Positions 11,009 to 23,382 of a stretch of DNA of 64,000 bases are shown piece by piece. The stretch's first letter is position 1. Each line of letters starts with the position of its first letter. The stretch is from Neoconidiobolus thromboides FSU 785 (taxonomy: Eukaryota; Fungi; Entomophthoromycota): contig MU626337.1 of NCBI GenBank assembly GCA_025603075.1, positions 1 to 64,000 of the forward strand, written 5' to 3'. Both the position numbers and the translations under genes were made by a program. The notes beneath the pieces were generated by a model. That model had not been told where the DNA came from. It did no database searches and saw nothing but the letters and a program-made list of their open reading frames with translations.

Positions 11009-14000
11009 TTAAATCCCTATATCCTCAGGATCTTTATTTAATTCACACATCTCTTCTTCCCCCTTTTCCTCGTCCTCTTCTAAATTTAATTTGCTACTCT
11101 CACAACTACACAATATATCCAAGTTTACATGGCCAGCTTTCAACTTGTCAATAACTATTTGAGCGGCATATTTTTTAGCTTGTTTGACTACCTTACCACT
11201 CGCATTTCCAATTAATACTCCATGAATCCAAATATTACATAGAACTGGATTTTCGATGTCAATTTGTTTATCCTCCCTTTTCATACATTCAAATTTGAAT
11301 TCCATACAACCAAATCGATGTAAATATCTTGTCAATTGAGTTACTGGATGAACTATAACATAATTAGGCTTTAGATGGAAATCAAAGGTAGGTTTAATTA
11401 ATTTATTAAATAAATTTTGAATTAATTTAATATCAAAATTAGAATCAATTAATATTGCACCAAATAAAGCTTCTAATACATCTGCAATTACTTTAGGTGC
11501 TTTAATATCATGCCAATATTCTTTAGTATCGTTTAATTCACTTTCTTCTCTTAATTTTTTTATAACAATAATAAATTCTGTTATATCGACAATTAATTTA
11601 CTTGAATGGTGAATAATATGTGGATACAGATCTAGTGTTTCCATAATTGTTGCTAATGTATTATTTGATACACATGACTCTTTAATTTCACTCAAAACTC
11701 CAGGGGGCTCATTCGGGTATTTATGAAACAAATAATCAACAACTAAATAATCTAATATAGCATCCCCTAAAAATTCCAATCGTTGATAACAAGAAGTTAA
11801 AGGTTGAGGATGCGAAGCATGAGTAAATGCTTCAACTAATAAAATTGGATGTTGAAATTTGTAATTAATTTTGTCTTCAATAAAATTAATATCTAATTCA
11901 CTCAAGATATCCAATCTATCAATATTACATGGAATAGGTAAATAATTTTGAATATCACCCCAATTTTTATAATTAGTAGTAATAATATTTAATGCTTGGG
12001 CACACTTTAAACCCAATTTTGGCCCATTTGATAACAAAGCAGCACCCAAAATAGCTTCCACAACATCAGCTAATCCTTTATCGGCCATTTTAAAATTCAA
12101 TTGGTTTTGATATTCAAATTGATTTTTAATATAAAAATTGATTGGGTACCATTTACTTTTAATAAATGGCTTTGGATTAACATACTTATATAATTCTAAA
12201 TCCCTACATAATCGAAATAAACTTCTATTAGAAATTATTCTTAACCTTCGATTATGTAATTGAGCTTCATGATGTTGTGGGAATCTTAAAAATACATCCA
12301 TTGAAGAAATAAATTTTAAATAAGCGTCTCCTAATAATTCTAATCGTTCATAATCTATTGATAAATTAGCAGAGGGTAAAGTTAAAGCTTCTAATAAATA
12401 TTCATCAATAATTTCAGGTAAATTGAGTTTGATTTTAACTTCTCGGACTAATAACAAAGCTTCAATTCGTGTCATTAAAGATGGTAATAACATATTTGAA
12501 TTAAATATTGATATAGGTAATGGATAAGCTAAAACAAATTCTTTTAATAAATAACTAAAACTTTTACTTTGAATTTGTTTTTTTATTTGGTTTTGATTAT
12601 TATGATGAGTTAAATAATTTAATACAATACGAATTTTTTTTACTCTTAATATATTTTGATTTAAATCTTTAATGTTACTTTTAAATTTCAAATTATAATA
12701 TTCCTTAAAAGTTAAATTAGACTGGTTTTTAATAGCACTATCCAATGGTATAATAGAATTAGCTGTTAAATTGAAATCAATTTCGTTAACTTTGTATCTT
12801 GTATTATTATTTAATGTATCACAAATAATTAGTTCATCTATATCATTAAAATCAGGATAGCCAAGTGGATTTAGCGTATTTTTAATAATGTCCCAATCAA
12901 TTAAATCATTAAAATCATTGAGGTTATTTACTTTAATTGGTGCAATAAAATATTGAATTTGATTAATATTACATTCAAATAATCTATTAAATATTGATCT
13001 AAAACTAAATATTGTATATTTAAATAATAGTTCTATTTTTCTTTTACTTAAGGGAATTGTAGGTTGATGTGCTTTTTCTATTGTTAAGTATGTAATTTGT
13101 CCTTTTAAACAAAATTCAATGGGGTTAAATTTAGGTAATGGTTGTTGAGTTATTATTATAAATGGTCGATATTGATTATCCTTATTTATATTGTTTAATT
13201 CATCTACATTAACTATATTAAAATAACATTTATTCCATTCGCTACTACTACTATTATTATCTTCATTATTACTATAATACTTAAAAAAATGTGGTCTTTT
13301 CAACTTGTATTCTCTAATAGCTTTCCAAGTACCTTCTTGGATTCCAGCCAAAGAATAATCTGATTTAACTGGTTCAAAATCTTCTTCACTAAATTGTATT
13401 CCAACTGGTTTTAAATATTCATTTAATTCATTTAATTCTACTAATTTTATTGCCATTTTAAAGCAAGCATGTTGTTTAGCTACTTTACTTGATTTTGTAA
13501 TATCACTTTCCATAACCTGAACTTTAGAATTGGATGGCATTGTTAATTGACATTGATGATAATTGTTATGATTAATATACTTAAATTTAGGTAACATTTC
13601 ACAAAAAGAATCTTTTGGTAAGGAATTACAATAACGATAAATTAAAGCCACTGCAGAATTTAAAGTAATTACAGCTTTTGTTGTGGGTATTTCATAAATA
13701 AAGTTAGTAATTAAATCATCCATTCCATTATCCTCATCATCATCATCATCACTTTCAATACTATTATTTGTCACCATTAATCGATCTTTTGGTAATGATT
13801 GACACCAATCCATTAATAATTTTTCAGATTGTTTAAAGCTATCAACTTCCTTTCTATCTTGAGTACCATTGATTTCTTGTAATACTATATAATATGATTC
13901 TTTTTCTCTTGCTCTACCACGAGATTGTATATATGAAATCAAAGTTTCTGGTGGATCAAATCGAATTACTAAATTACATGGTTGAATATCTAAACCTTCT

Positions 14001-15698
14001 TCAGCAACATTAGTAGCAAACAATAAATTAATTGCACCATTTCGAAATTTAAATAATGTATTCTCTTGTTGTTTAACATTCATATGAAAGCAATTACCTT
14101 TACTATTTGAATTATGTCCTAGTAAATAATCGGATTGAATGTTTTTTACTTTTTTTGTATAAGAGATTATAAAATTTAACGTCACCACTGTACAAATTCT
14201 AGAAGCAAATATGATGCCACAAAAAGTATTTAATTGACTAGAATATTTTTTAATACATTCAATTAATTTCTTGATTTTTGGTGTTACATAAATATCGTCT
14301 AAATCATATGGATCTAAATCTAACCAATCTTTACCCTCTTTAAGTTGACTTAAATAGGATTCATATATTTTTTTGGCGTTTTTAATGCTCGTTTCTTCTT
14401 CTGAAAAACTATTCCATTTACTTTCTTTAAGATTATCAGAATAACTAAATACTCCTGCATCATACTTTAATATTAATTCTTCTAATGATTTACGCAAATA
14501 TAATAACCCACACCATTCCCCATAATTATTTAATATGAAATCATGAGAAGATAATAATCGATTGATTCCATATCCACGTCTACAATATCGTTCAATAATT
14601 TTAGCTAAATCCGATCTTTTTGGAGATTTGTCAAATAATTTGTCATGTGATTCATAAAAACAATACAATTCTTTTGGTCGATTAATATAAGTTTGTGCTA
14701 ATTCATTATAATTAATAGTAAAGATTTTGGAATCCAATGCTGATTCTAAATTACTGTTGTTATTGAAAAACATTACTATTAATAAATAAAATAAAATAAA
14801 AGTTCTTACTTAGCTGCTCTAATAGCATTACTTGCACTCTTTAAAGGTGATGCTGTCATTGAAAATATCCTAGGTTTATGTTCATTTACCTTACCCTCTT
14901 TTCCATAATATCTCATATAAAACTCCTTCATGATTAAATTATAAGGATGCTTTTTTTCTGTGTGATGACATTCATCGAATACAATTAAGCCAATCTAAAA
15001 TATATTGTCAAATTACAAAAGGCACATTATTTAATATAAAATACTTACTTCTTTCATCTGAATTTTACCATGTCGTAGCATATCTAAAAAGATTTGAGCA
15101 GTTAACACTAATACATCTGTAGAATTTAAGCACGATTGCCATTTACTATCACTCCAACCATCCACTCCTAATTCACCATATAATTGTGCCACCCTGAATG
15201 GTATATTATTGGCAATCGTAGTTGCTTGTTGAACAGCTAAAGCTACCGTATTTACTAAAAATATACAATATTTCCTTTGTCTCTATAATAATAAAGAATC
15301 ATTTATAAATTTCAAAATTAACATAACTATTAAATCAAGCTTACCTCTGGTTGTTTTAACCTCAATACTTTTTCATTTAATAAAATGTGTTTGATTAGCA
15401 TAATAGCAATCAATGTTTTCCCAGTACCTGTTTCCAAGACAGCAATTATATTATCTTTCTTTGCTTTTTCAAATAATTCAATTTGATATTGACGAGGTAA
15501 ATGTTGCAGTTCTTCATTTTGTTTTAATGGTAGTTGATAACTTTTGGATACTGAATTAATGTTTTTATGATTGCTTGATTTGGAGGCTAGTACTGGATTA
15601 TCATTTCGATGTCGTTCTGGTAGCTTATTAGCTAAATATGAAAGGTCCTTTTTGCTTTCTTTGGGGATTCTTCCATGAATAGTTTCTTCACTACTCAT
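11009..15698 (-). CDS. DCL: Dicer-like protein, 4 exons (15698-15345, 15282-15049, 14994-14810, 14753-11009), about 1505 aa. Domains: DExH helicase, HelicC, Dicer dimerisation domain, platform/PAZ-like, RNase IIIa, RNase IIIb, dsRBD
   Basis: [97 protein letters not shown]. The exon sum of 4518 nt is in frame. Confidence 0.96.
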
Positions 15699-15872
15699 TT
15701 GATTTTTAGAAAAAAATAGGTTGAATCAACCTTTATGAGTTTAAAAGAGGATCTTTTTGATTTTTAATTTCCAAACCAATATTTGGCTTCATTTTTTATA
15801 AACTTACGTTGACTTTAGTTAATTTGATCATATGTGTAAGTTTAAAAGTAATCAAAATTAAAATCAAGATTT

Positions 15873-15970
15873 GGGGATGTATTTTTATATTTAAGAATTT
15901 TACTAACAAATTTTCCACTTAAATAGCGCTTAAAAAATGGAAAAAGTAATGAAGTCAAAAAAACACTCCC
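15873..15970 (+). mobile_element. MITE copy about 175 bp upstream of the Dicer ATG
   Basis: GGGGATGTATTTT...CACTCCC. TSD ATTT at 15869-72 and 15971-74. Confidence 0.9.
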
Positions 15971-18140
15971 ATTTAATTTCAATTTTTTGTATATTTTTAG
16001 CATAAACTTTTAAGAAAAATATTAGTTAAATACTAGATGAAAAAACGTTTGAGCATGAGTAATTTTAAAATCAAGCAAAAAAGCAACTATTTTTGTAACC
16101 TTTAGTGCTTAATATACAATTTTCGCTAAAATCAAATCTGGACAAAATTTGAATTGAGAGCTTTTAAACTAGCGCATGTTACAGCAAATAATTCAGTTTT
16201 GTTTTAGTGCGTTATTTTTTAAAAAAGGTGCATTTATTCGAGAAGAGTGGCTTGATTTATAAACAGGTTGAAGCTACTTTGAAATAAAATAGTTTGTGGA
16301 AAAACTGCTATCAAAATAACAGTATTTTTTAACATATAAATTAAAGACCAACAAGATATATAAAATAGAAAAAGATAAATAAAAAATCCCTATATAATAA
16401 ATATCAAAGTCTATCAACTTAATTAAAGTTCCCAAAGTAGAATGAGGAGTCTTAATAATTTCTTCCTAATTTAAAAATCTATAAAATTATATCAAAATAT
16501 TATAATCTATCTTCAAATGTTTATGATAAACTTATCCAATGCAAACTTACTTCATTTTAGAACCATTTCGATTTACTTTATCAATATTAGAATTATACGG
16601 TACAAATATATTAGTATCACTATTGACTGGTTTAGGATTATAACAATCAGTTACTATATGATTAAAATGATCAAATATAGAATAATCCTAGCAATTTAAC
16701 TCTTGACCTTCATTTTGAATATTCATACTAATGCCCTCCTTATTAATATCTTTGTCATCATTGTAGTTGTTATAGTTACAATCATAATCATTGAAGTGGC
16801 CTTCATAAACATCATCATCATCAGTGAAGTAATAAGTATATGAATTATAAGAGTTATAAGGGTTCTATAGGTCCTATAGGCTGTGGTTTGGGTAGTACAT
16901 TATTTATTAAACTTAAACTAGATAAGCTGAAAGTGTTAAAACTTGAAGTGTATATTAACTATAAAAAAATTGCTAAAATGAAAATCAAAAAAGAGAAGCA
17001 AAACTAACTAAGCTATATATAGGGATGTCTGAATTAGTTTCATTATTTTATCCAATTTTTAAATATTTTGTATTTTAAAAACTCTAATTAAAATTCTATA
17101 AAAACAAATCTTTTATTGAAACAAAAGTACTCAGACACAGTTCTAAATCATTCTATTATAGTTTACAGTGTAAGCTAGCTGAGTTTCTACTAGATCTTAA
17201 ATACATGTTTTTATGAAACTTTATTGAGAAACATTTATTATTGACTGCTTTATAATCAACATTGCAGATTTGTTATCAAATAAATAAATTATTTTAATAT
17301 TATAATTACATTATTGATATATTGCTAAGTTAATAAATAACTGCATGGGAGGGAGCGGTTAGCTCCAAAACTATGATTAACCATCGCTATATAGTACAAG
17401 TAATATAATAATAGTTTTTACATATTATTACAATCACTTATTCTTTGACAATTTATTAACTTAGCTATTAATAACTTAAGTAATCTTAACATTTAACAAT
17501 CTATTTCTATCATTCAACAAACTACTTACTTGCTTAGTAAATATCGGAAAACTTAAATTCTCTGTATTTTCGCAAGGTAAGCTGAGATTGGTCTTTTAAT
17601 TTTTCTATTTTCTATAGACTTTATAACTTTAATTGGAACTATGTCATTTTTTTTTGATGTATCAGATACTGGGCAACAATGTAGTTCATTATTACATTTA
17701 ATAAAATATAAACACTTCTTGATGCTTTGTATTTCTATTATTCTTTTTGTATTTTTGTTTCTTTCATACTTTTTAAAGATTAAATCTGTTTTCCCATTAT
17801 TAACAGCCAAGTTGTTAATTTTATTATGGTCACAAATAAAAGTCTTAAGTCTCGAAATTAGTTGATTAACATCTTCTATTTTAACTAATGCTTCAAAACT
17901 ACTTTTCGATGACGCTCAGTAAAAAAATTAAGATCAATATTTAAACTATTATTTATTTTAGGAATTTCTTTAAATATATAATGCAGGAACTCTTGGGAGC
18001 TAAAATGATTTCCTGTGTCTGCCCATATATTAGTTTTTATAAGCTTTTTAAATAAAAGCTCTGTAGAGATTAAATCAATTAAGCAATCTCCTGCATATGC
18101 TGAATCATGATTTAATATTTCAAATAAATAATCAAAATAT

Positions 18141-18237
18141 GCAGATGTATTTTTGTGTCCAAGAATTTTACTAACAATTTTTCCGCTCAAATAGCGCTTA
18201 AAAATGGAAAAAGTAATGAAGTCAAAAAAACACTCCC
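18141..18237 (+). mobile_element. MITE copy inside the transposase catalytic domain
   Basis: TSD ATAT at 18137-40 and 18238-41. Removing the element and one TSD restores the frame ...IEKV-YFDYL... Confidence 0.92.
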
Positions 18238-18706
18238 ATATACTTTTTCTATTGTTTTGTCATCTTTTAAATATAAAACACCAAAGCCTAATACTAATAT
18301 AACTTGTTTATTATAATCGTCTAAATTTGTTGAATCTAGTTTTGTTCCTATTTCCATATTTTATTCAAAATCTAAAATTATTATACAACTTCTATTATTT
18401 AATTTTTTAATAGTTTCATTAAATGTGTTTTTTTGAGTATCAATACAAAATTTGTATAATTTGTATAACTTTTTTTTATTGAAAACTTCTATTTCTGGTT
18501 TATTTTTTATTGCTGGATTTATTTTATTTTCAAATAACTTTTTTCTAGCTGTATACTGGGCACATATATCACATAGATCTGTTTTTCTTGCTGCATTTTT
18601 GAAATTACTTAGCATCTATTCAAAAAATGCTGACCTAGCTACTGCTTTGTCTTTTAAATCATTAAAATATTTACTGTATATCATTCTTTACCTTTATTTA
18701 GTATAT

Positions 18707-18804
18707 GGGGATGTTTTTTTTGATTTCATTACTTTTCCATTTTTCAAGCGTTATTCGAGTGGAAAGATTGTTAGTAAAATTCTCAAACAAAAAAATACAT
18801 TCTC
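18707..18804 (-). mobile_element. MITE copy inside the transposase relic
   Basis: TSD ATAT at 18703-06 and 18805-08. Confidence 0.9.
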
Positions 18805-20198
18805 ATATCTAATAAATTATTCAAATAAATTTTGTTTTTAACAATCTAAAGGCAGTTATTTAGAGTCAAATTCAAAGTATATCATCTATATCAAATCTTT
18901 TACATTACAGAAGTCCAAATACAAGCAAACCAACACTATCATTGTCAACATTTGCTCTAAATTATAATTTAGTATATAGGGATATATTTTATTATGATTA
19001 GCATTAAAAATTAAGCTTGCTTAAAATACAATTATTTTATAGCCTGATGTTGATTTTATTAAGCTTACTAATGTCTATTAAAACGATTATGATCTATAAT
19101 AGAGTACTCGCATTAGATACCACATCATTTTTTACTCACTTTCCATTTTTTGTATCTTTGAAGGCTCGAAAGCTCAAGTGTTTCATTTATTCAAAAAAAG
19201 ACACTATAGAAAACGCTTTCAATTCTTTGTTTCTGGTTTTCCAAAGTTTAGATTCTTTTTTTAACAAATGTTTTCCTTTAACTACCTTTATCTTTTTAAC
19301 TAAATAATGTATAAACCTTTGAGTCTTTTATATCATTTAATCATGTTTATTTCCTAGCTCCAATAAGCTATACTTATCAGTTTTGTTTAATCAATTATTT
19401 ATACAAAATGAAAAACCGGCAAATAGTTGTAAAATAAATGGAATTCAATCTTGAAGGAGCTAGAAAGCAATAAAAAATAGAAAACAAGTAGAAAATGTTT
19501 TACTATAATTAGTTTAAAGCTAAAAATTATTTTTTCTAGTTTTAGTTTATTGCAAAAGATGTAACCTAAACATAAATACCGCAAAAATAGCTGCTTTTTG
19601 CTTAATTTTTAGTTGAGTATATGACCTCTAAATTGCAATTTAGTTCAGTTTAAGCTTTCCCCTCATATAACACATAATCAATAACAGACTACTAAAATGA
19701 TTTGAAGCCATATAAATTCATCTTAGGCTTATATTTTTTACAATCATTTTTAGCTTAAAATGATAAATTTTATTTCAAAATTAAGTTTTGACTTAAAATC
19801 TTAAGAGCTAATTAATTATAAATCTCGATTTCCAACAAAACTCAAAATTCATAGGAGATGAGATGCTAATAATGAATGGGCACTATAATAGAAAAGCCAG
19901 AGTATATATTTGACTTGAGGGAAAAGTATTATGCTTTTTTTCCATGGTTCTTCCAAAAAAGAATGGGTCTTGATATTTATTTTTCAGTAAAAACAAACAT
20001 TAGTAAAAATCTTGTCCAAAAACTATATTGTAAAAAGATTATCTATAAAAAGATTCTATTTGTAAGAAGATTCTATTATTCTATATAGAAATAAATGTGA
20101 TTTTTGTAATAAAGTGATATAAACACTACCAAAATAAAAATAGCTTGCAATCAAATAATATATAAGCAAACAATTTTTCATAGAAAAAATTAAAACAA

Positions 20199-20867
20199 AT
20201 GTCAACGTTACCACCAGAGTATAATGAAATAACCCAAGAAGTGAAAAAGAAAAAGAAGTTTATAATCTACTATAGGGAAGATGGTCAATATTTAGTAGCT
20301 AAAGATGAAGGAACTGATCAAATTAAATACAAGTTTTATACACAAAACAATGGTAGTGAATATTACTTAAAGGATGTAAATAATGATAACTTGTTAAGTT
20401 TCACTAAAGGGGATATCATGAGTAACGAACCTAAATTAACTATCTATAACTATAAAGAAAAAGAGAATAATAACTATAACTCAATGATAGCAACTATGAA
20501 TAAAACAGTCAATTTAGTATTAACTGACCATGATGACAACCAATTTGAATACGTTCTAAATGATACAAAACAAAGTGCTGAGATTATAGCTTTAAACTCA
20601 ACATCATCAAAAGATGAACCATTGGTTGAGTTTAGTAGTAAAATTAAATTAGATGGAAATAAAATTGGCAAAGTAAAGTTCAACTTTAATTTTGTCCCAC
20701 TTTTAGAGTGTCTATTTATGGGGCTATTATTTATGAAGGCCAATTCTATCATTAAACAAAAATTAAAGGATATAAAAAATAGTCTAATCGGATGGAGGAT
20801 TAACATTGAAGCTACAAAGCGCAAACGTTTCTTATCTGGTGAGACTCGAAATTTTTTTGATTTTTAA
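20199..20867 (+). CDS. Paralog 3 of the PPEY/tubby-LURP-like family, 222 aa
   Basis: Inverted relative to copies 1 and 2. Shares more than 100 bp of upstream sequence and has a distinct C-tail. Confidence 0.8.
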   Translation: MSTLPPEYNEITQEVKKKKKFIIYYREDGQYLVAKDEGTDQIKYKFYTQNNGSEYYLKDVNNDNLLSFTKGDIMSNEPKLTIYNYKEKENNNYNSMIATMNKTVNLVLTDHDDNQFEYVLNDTKQSAEIIALNSTSSKDEPLVEFSSKIKLDGNKIGKVKFNFNFVPLLECLFMGLLFMKANSIIKQKLKDIKNSLIGWRINIEATKRKRFLSGETRNFFDF

Positions 20868-20898
20868 ATATCAATGAACATAAAGCTTTTTAGTATAT

Positions 20899-20997
20899 GG
20901 GAGTGTTTTTTTTTATTTCATTACTTTTTCCACCTTTTAAACGCTATTCAAGCGGAAAGATTGTTAGTAGAGTTCTTAAACACAAAAATACATCCTC
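20899..20997 (-). mobile_element. MITE copy about 30 bp after the paralog 3 stop
   Basis: GGGAGTG...CATCCTC. TSD ATAT on both sides. Confidence 0.88.
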
Positions 20998-21002
20998 ATA
21001 TG

Positions 21003-21063
21003 GTTTTTTTTATTTTTTATTTTTATTTTTATTTTTTATTTTTATTTTTATTTTTTATTTTTA

Positions 21064-21094
<31 letters not shown>

Positions 21095-21123
21095 ATTTTT
21101 TTTTATTTTTTATTTTTTATTTA
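21003..21123. repeat. (TTTTTA)n microsatellite abutting the MITE
   Basis: Read directly from the sequence. Confidence 0.9.
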
Positions 21124-21397
21124 GTATAAAACCAGTGTATTAGATGTTTAAAATGCCCAAGAGTCTATGAGATAAATAATAAATAAAGGTCTCTTATTGA
21201 CTATAAAAGAAGAAGGTTGTAGTAAAATTTGATTAGTTTAATACATGTTTTTTGATATCAAATCCTGTCAAAATACTAATATAATTAGCTCCTAATATGT
21301 ACTTCATTATATGATCAAAATCTTCAATTCAATTGAGGCCAATTATACACTACAACGCCATTGACATTGAACTACTACTAACATCATTTTAATATAT

Positions 21398-21497
21398 GGG
21401 GATGTATTTTTGTGTTTGAGAATTTTGCTAATAATTTTTCCACTCAAATAGCGCTTAAAGGATAGAAAAAGCAAAGAAGCCAAAAAAAAACATTTTC
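21398..21497 (+). mobile_element. MITE copy
   Basis: TSD ATAT at 21394-97 and 21498-501. Confidence 0.88.
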
Positions 21498-21906
21498 ATA
21501 TACTTTTTAATTAAAAATTATGCTGTAAGTAATCATTTTTATTTATCATAGTATAATACTTTAATTTGATTTTAATAAATAAAGCGTATTTTTATGTTGA
21601 TAGATTATTAAACTCTATCCCTTATTTTGATAAATCTTGTAAATTGAATTAGATAAATTATACGCCGACCTATGCTGACAACTAGTAATAATTAAGATTA
21701 GCAAAATGTTAAATATGTTTGAAGTAAAGATTACAAATAACCCACATATTAATTAATAAAAAGCGAACCGAATAAACTTGAGATTTATAAGATAACAAAA
21801 CAAAGATAAAGGGTATATAAGTACAAGACAATTCTTTAAAATAACCGTTAAAAGACGAATGAATTTTTATTAAAAGCCATTACTTTAGCCTACACTACTA
21901 CTATTT

Positions 21907-22003
21907 GGGGATGTATTTTTTGTTTAAGAACTATACTAACAATCTTTCCGCTCAAATAGCACTTAAAAAATGGGAAAGTAATGAAACCAAAAAAAACATC
22001 CCC
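21907..22003 (+). mobile_element. MITE copy
   Basis: GGGGATG...CATCCCC. TSD ATTT on both sides. Confidence 0.92.
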
Positions 22004-22783
22004 ATTTCTTCCCTTCCAGCATTAAGTAACACTCACTTGACTAAATAATATTTTAATTCTTTCTCACTTTGATACGAACATAATACTAGTTATAGCAATT
22101 TTAACACCAGATTTAATAGCTTTGATAATGGATTTAATCACTTCAATAACTTCAATAACTTCAGTAACTTCAATAACTTTGATGGCGGTTATAATAGACT
22201 GTATTTTTTTTCACATTTTGGTTTTTTTTGGCTTCCTAATTATAGTCAACAACAATACTATAAACATTAATGCCAACAACTTCAATGCACACGAATTTGA
22301 TCATAACAAATAAGCTACCATATTTAATGATAACATCCATAGTAAAAATGTTAATAATAATAACAATAATATTAATAGTCATGATAGTACAACTATTATC
22401 TAAGTTTATAGTAATATTTAGAGTAAATATTGCATAATTTTATTTAGTTACTTTTATAATCTATACTTCTTCTAATATGTTTATAAGTACTTGAGTATTA
22501 TAAATATTTACTCTATTCTGGATTATGATTAGTAAAATATTTTGCTTAGTTAGTTTTAATTTTTTTTAATCAGGCTAATACTAAATCAATTTATAAAGTA
22601 GTTTTAATAATCAAAGTAATTAATAACTTCATTTATAGAGTATTCCATATTCATACAAAAACTAATTTCTATAGTTTGTAGCCAACTTTCACCTTAGTGA
22701 TAATTTTAATTTTATTATAATACATTGCTATTTTAGCAATTTGATAACAATAGGTCTATAGAACTAATGTTTTTAAATGCTAT

Positions 22784-22878
22784 GAAGATATATTTTTTTG
22801 TTAAGAATTTTACTAACAGTTTTTCCACTCAAATAGTACTTAAAACAGAAAAAGTGATGAAACCAAAAAAGCATCCCC
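22784..22878 (+). mobile_element. MITE copy (left end degenerate)
   Basis: Core ttccactcaaatagtacttaa and right TIR GCATCCCC. TSD not preserved. Confidence 0.82.
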
Positions 22879-23023
22879 ATTCTTAATATTAGTTTATAAT
22901 ACTAACGAAGGAATACTTACTATTTATAGATTGTCACATTTGAAAAAAGATAAAAGTTCAATTAAAAGCTCAATTAAAAGCAAGCTTTGATCATTGAGTT
23001 GAATTTGATCACTCTTATTATAT

Positions 23024-23120
23024 GGGGCTGTTTTTTTTAGTTTCATTATTTTTCCATTTTTTAAGCACTATTTGAGTGGAAAGATCATAATAAAATTCTT
23101 GAACAAAAAAACACATCCCC
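23024..23120 (-). mobile_element. MITE copy
   Basis: GGGGCTG...CATCCCC. TSD ATAT on both sides. Confidence 0.9.
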
Positions 23121-23382
23121 ATATTTTCATTGTTATTATCTCGATCTATATTAATATTTCAACATTTTACTTGATTGTACTTTTAGGTATAAATCATTCC
23201 ATCTAATTGGATAACTGAATAAAGTAATAAAGATAGAAACAAGACCAAAATATTGTAAAAAAATTGAATAAAATATTAATCAAACCATAAAATATAAACT
23301 TTATTCCTCTTCATAATGAAACTTAGAAATTTAACTTAATATCTTGATCCTCTAGATGATTTCCAAGGCTCCAACCAATTAT

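Larger units (their letters stand above)
17021..18960 (-). mobile_element. Decayed Sola-like DDD transposon: transposase pseudogene plus one terminus at 17021, interrupted by two MITEs. Far boundary approximate
   Basis: After removing the MITEs the minus strand reads RSAFFE*MLSNFKNAARKTDLCDIC...CIIILDFE*NM...LGFGVLY...KVYFDYLFEILNHDSAYAGDCL...IWADTGNHFSSQEF...LNFFTERH(R/G)K[frameshift]S. Terminus ATAT|AGGGATGTCTGAATTAGTTTCATTAT. Confidence 0.8.

Noticed and set aside
16517-16960. Track ORF 16517-16699 and D/N-rich minus-strand fragments
   Set aside because: Interrupted low-complexity text without a start or signal that I can link into a gene.
18978-19664. Possible extra element bounded by ATAT|AGGGATAT...TTTCCCCTC|ATAT
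   Set aside because: The two ends do not form a convincing TIR, and ATAT is common at this AT content.
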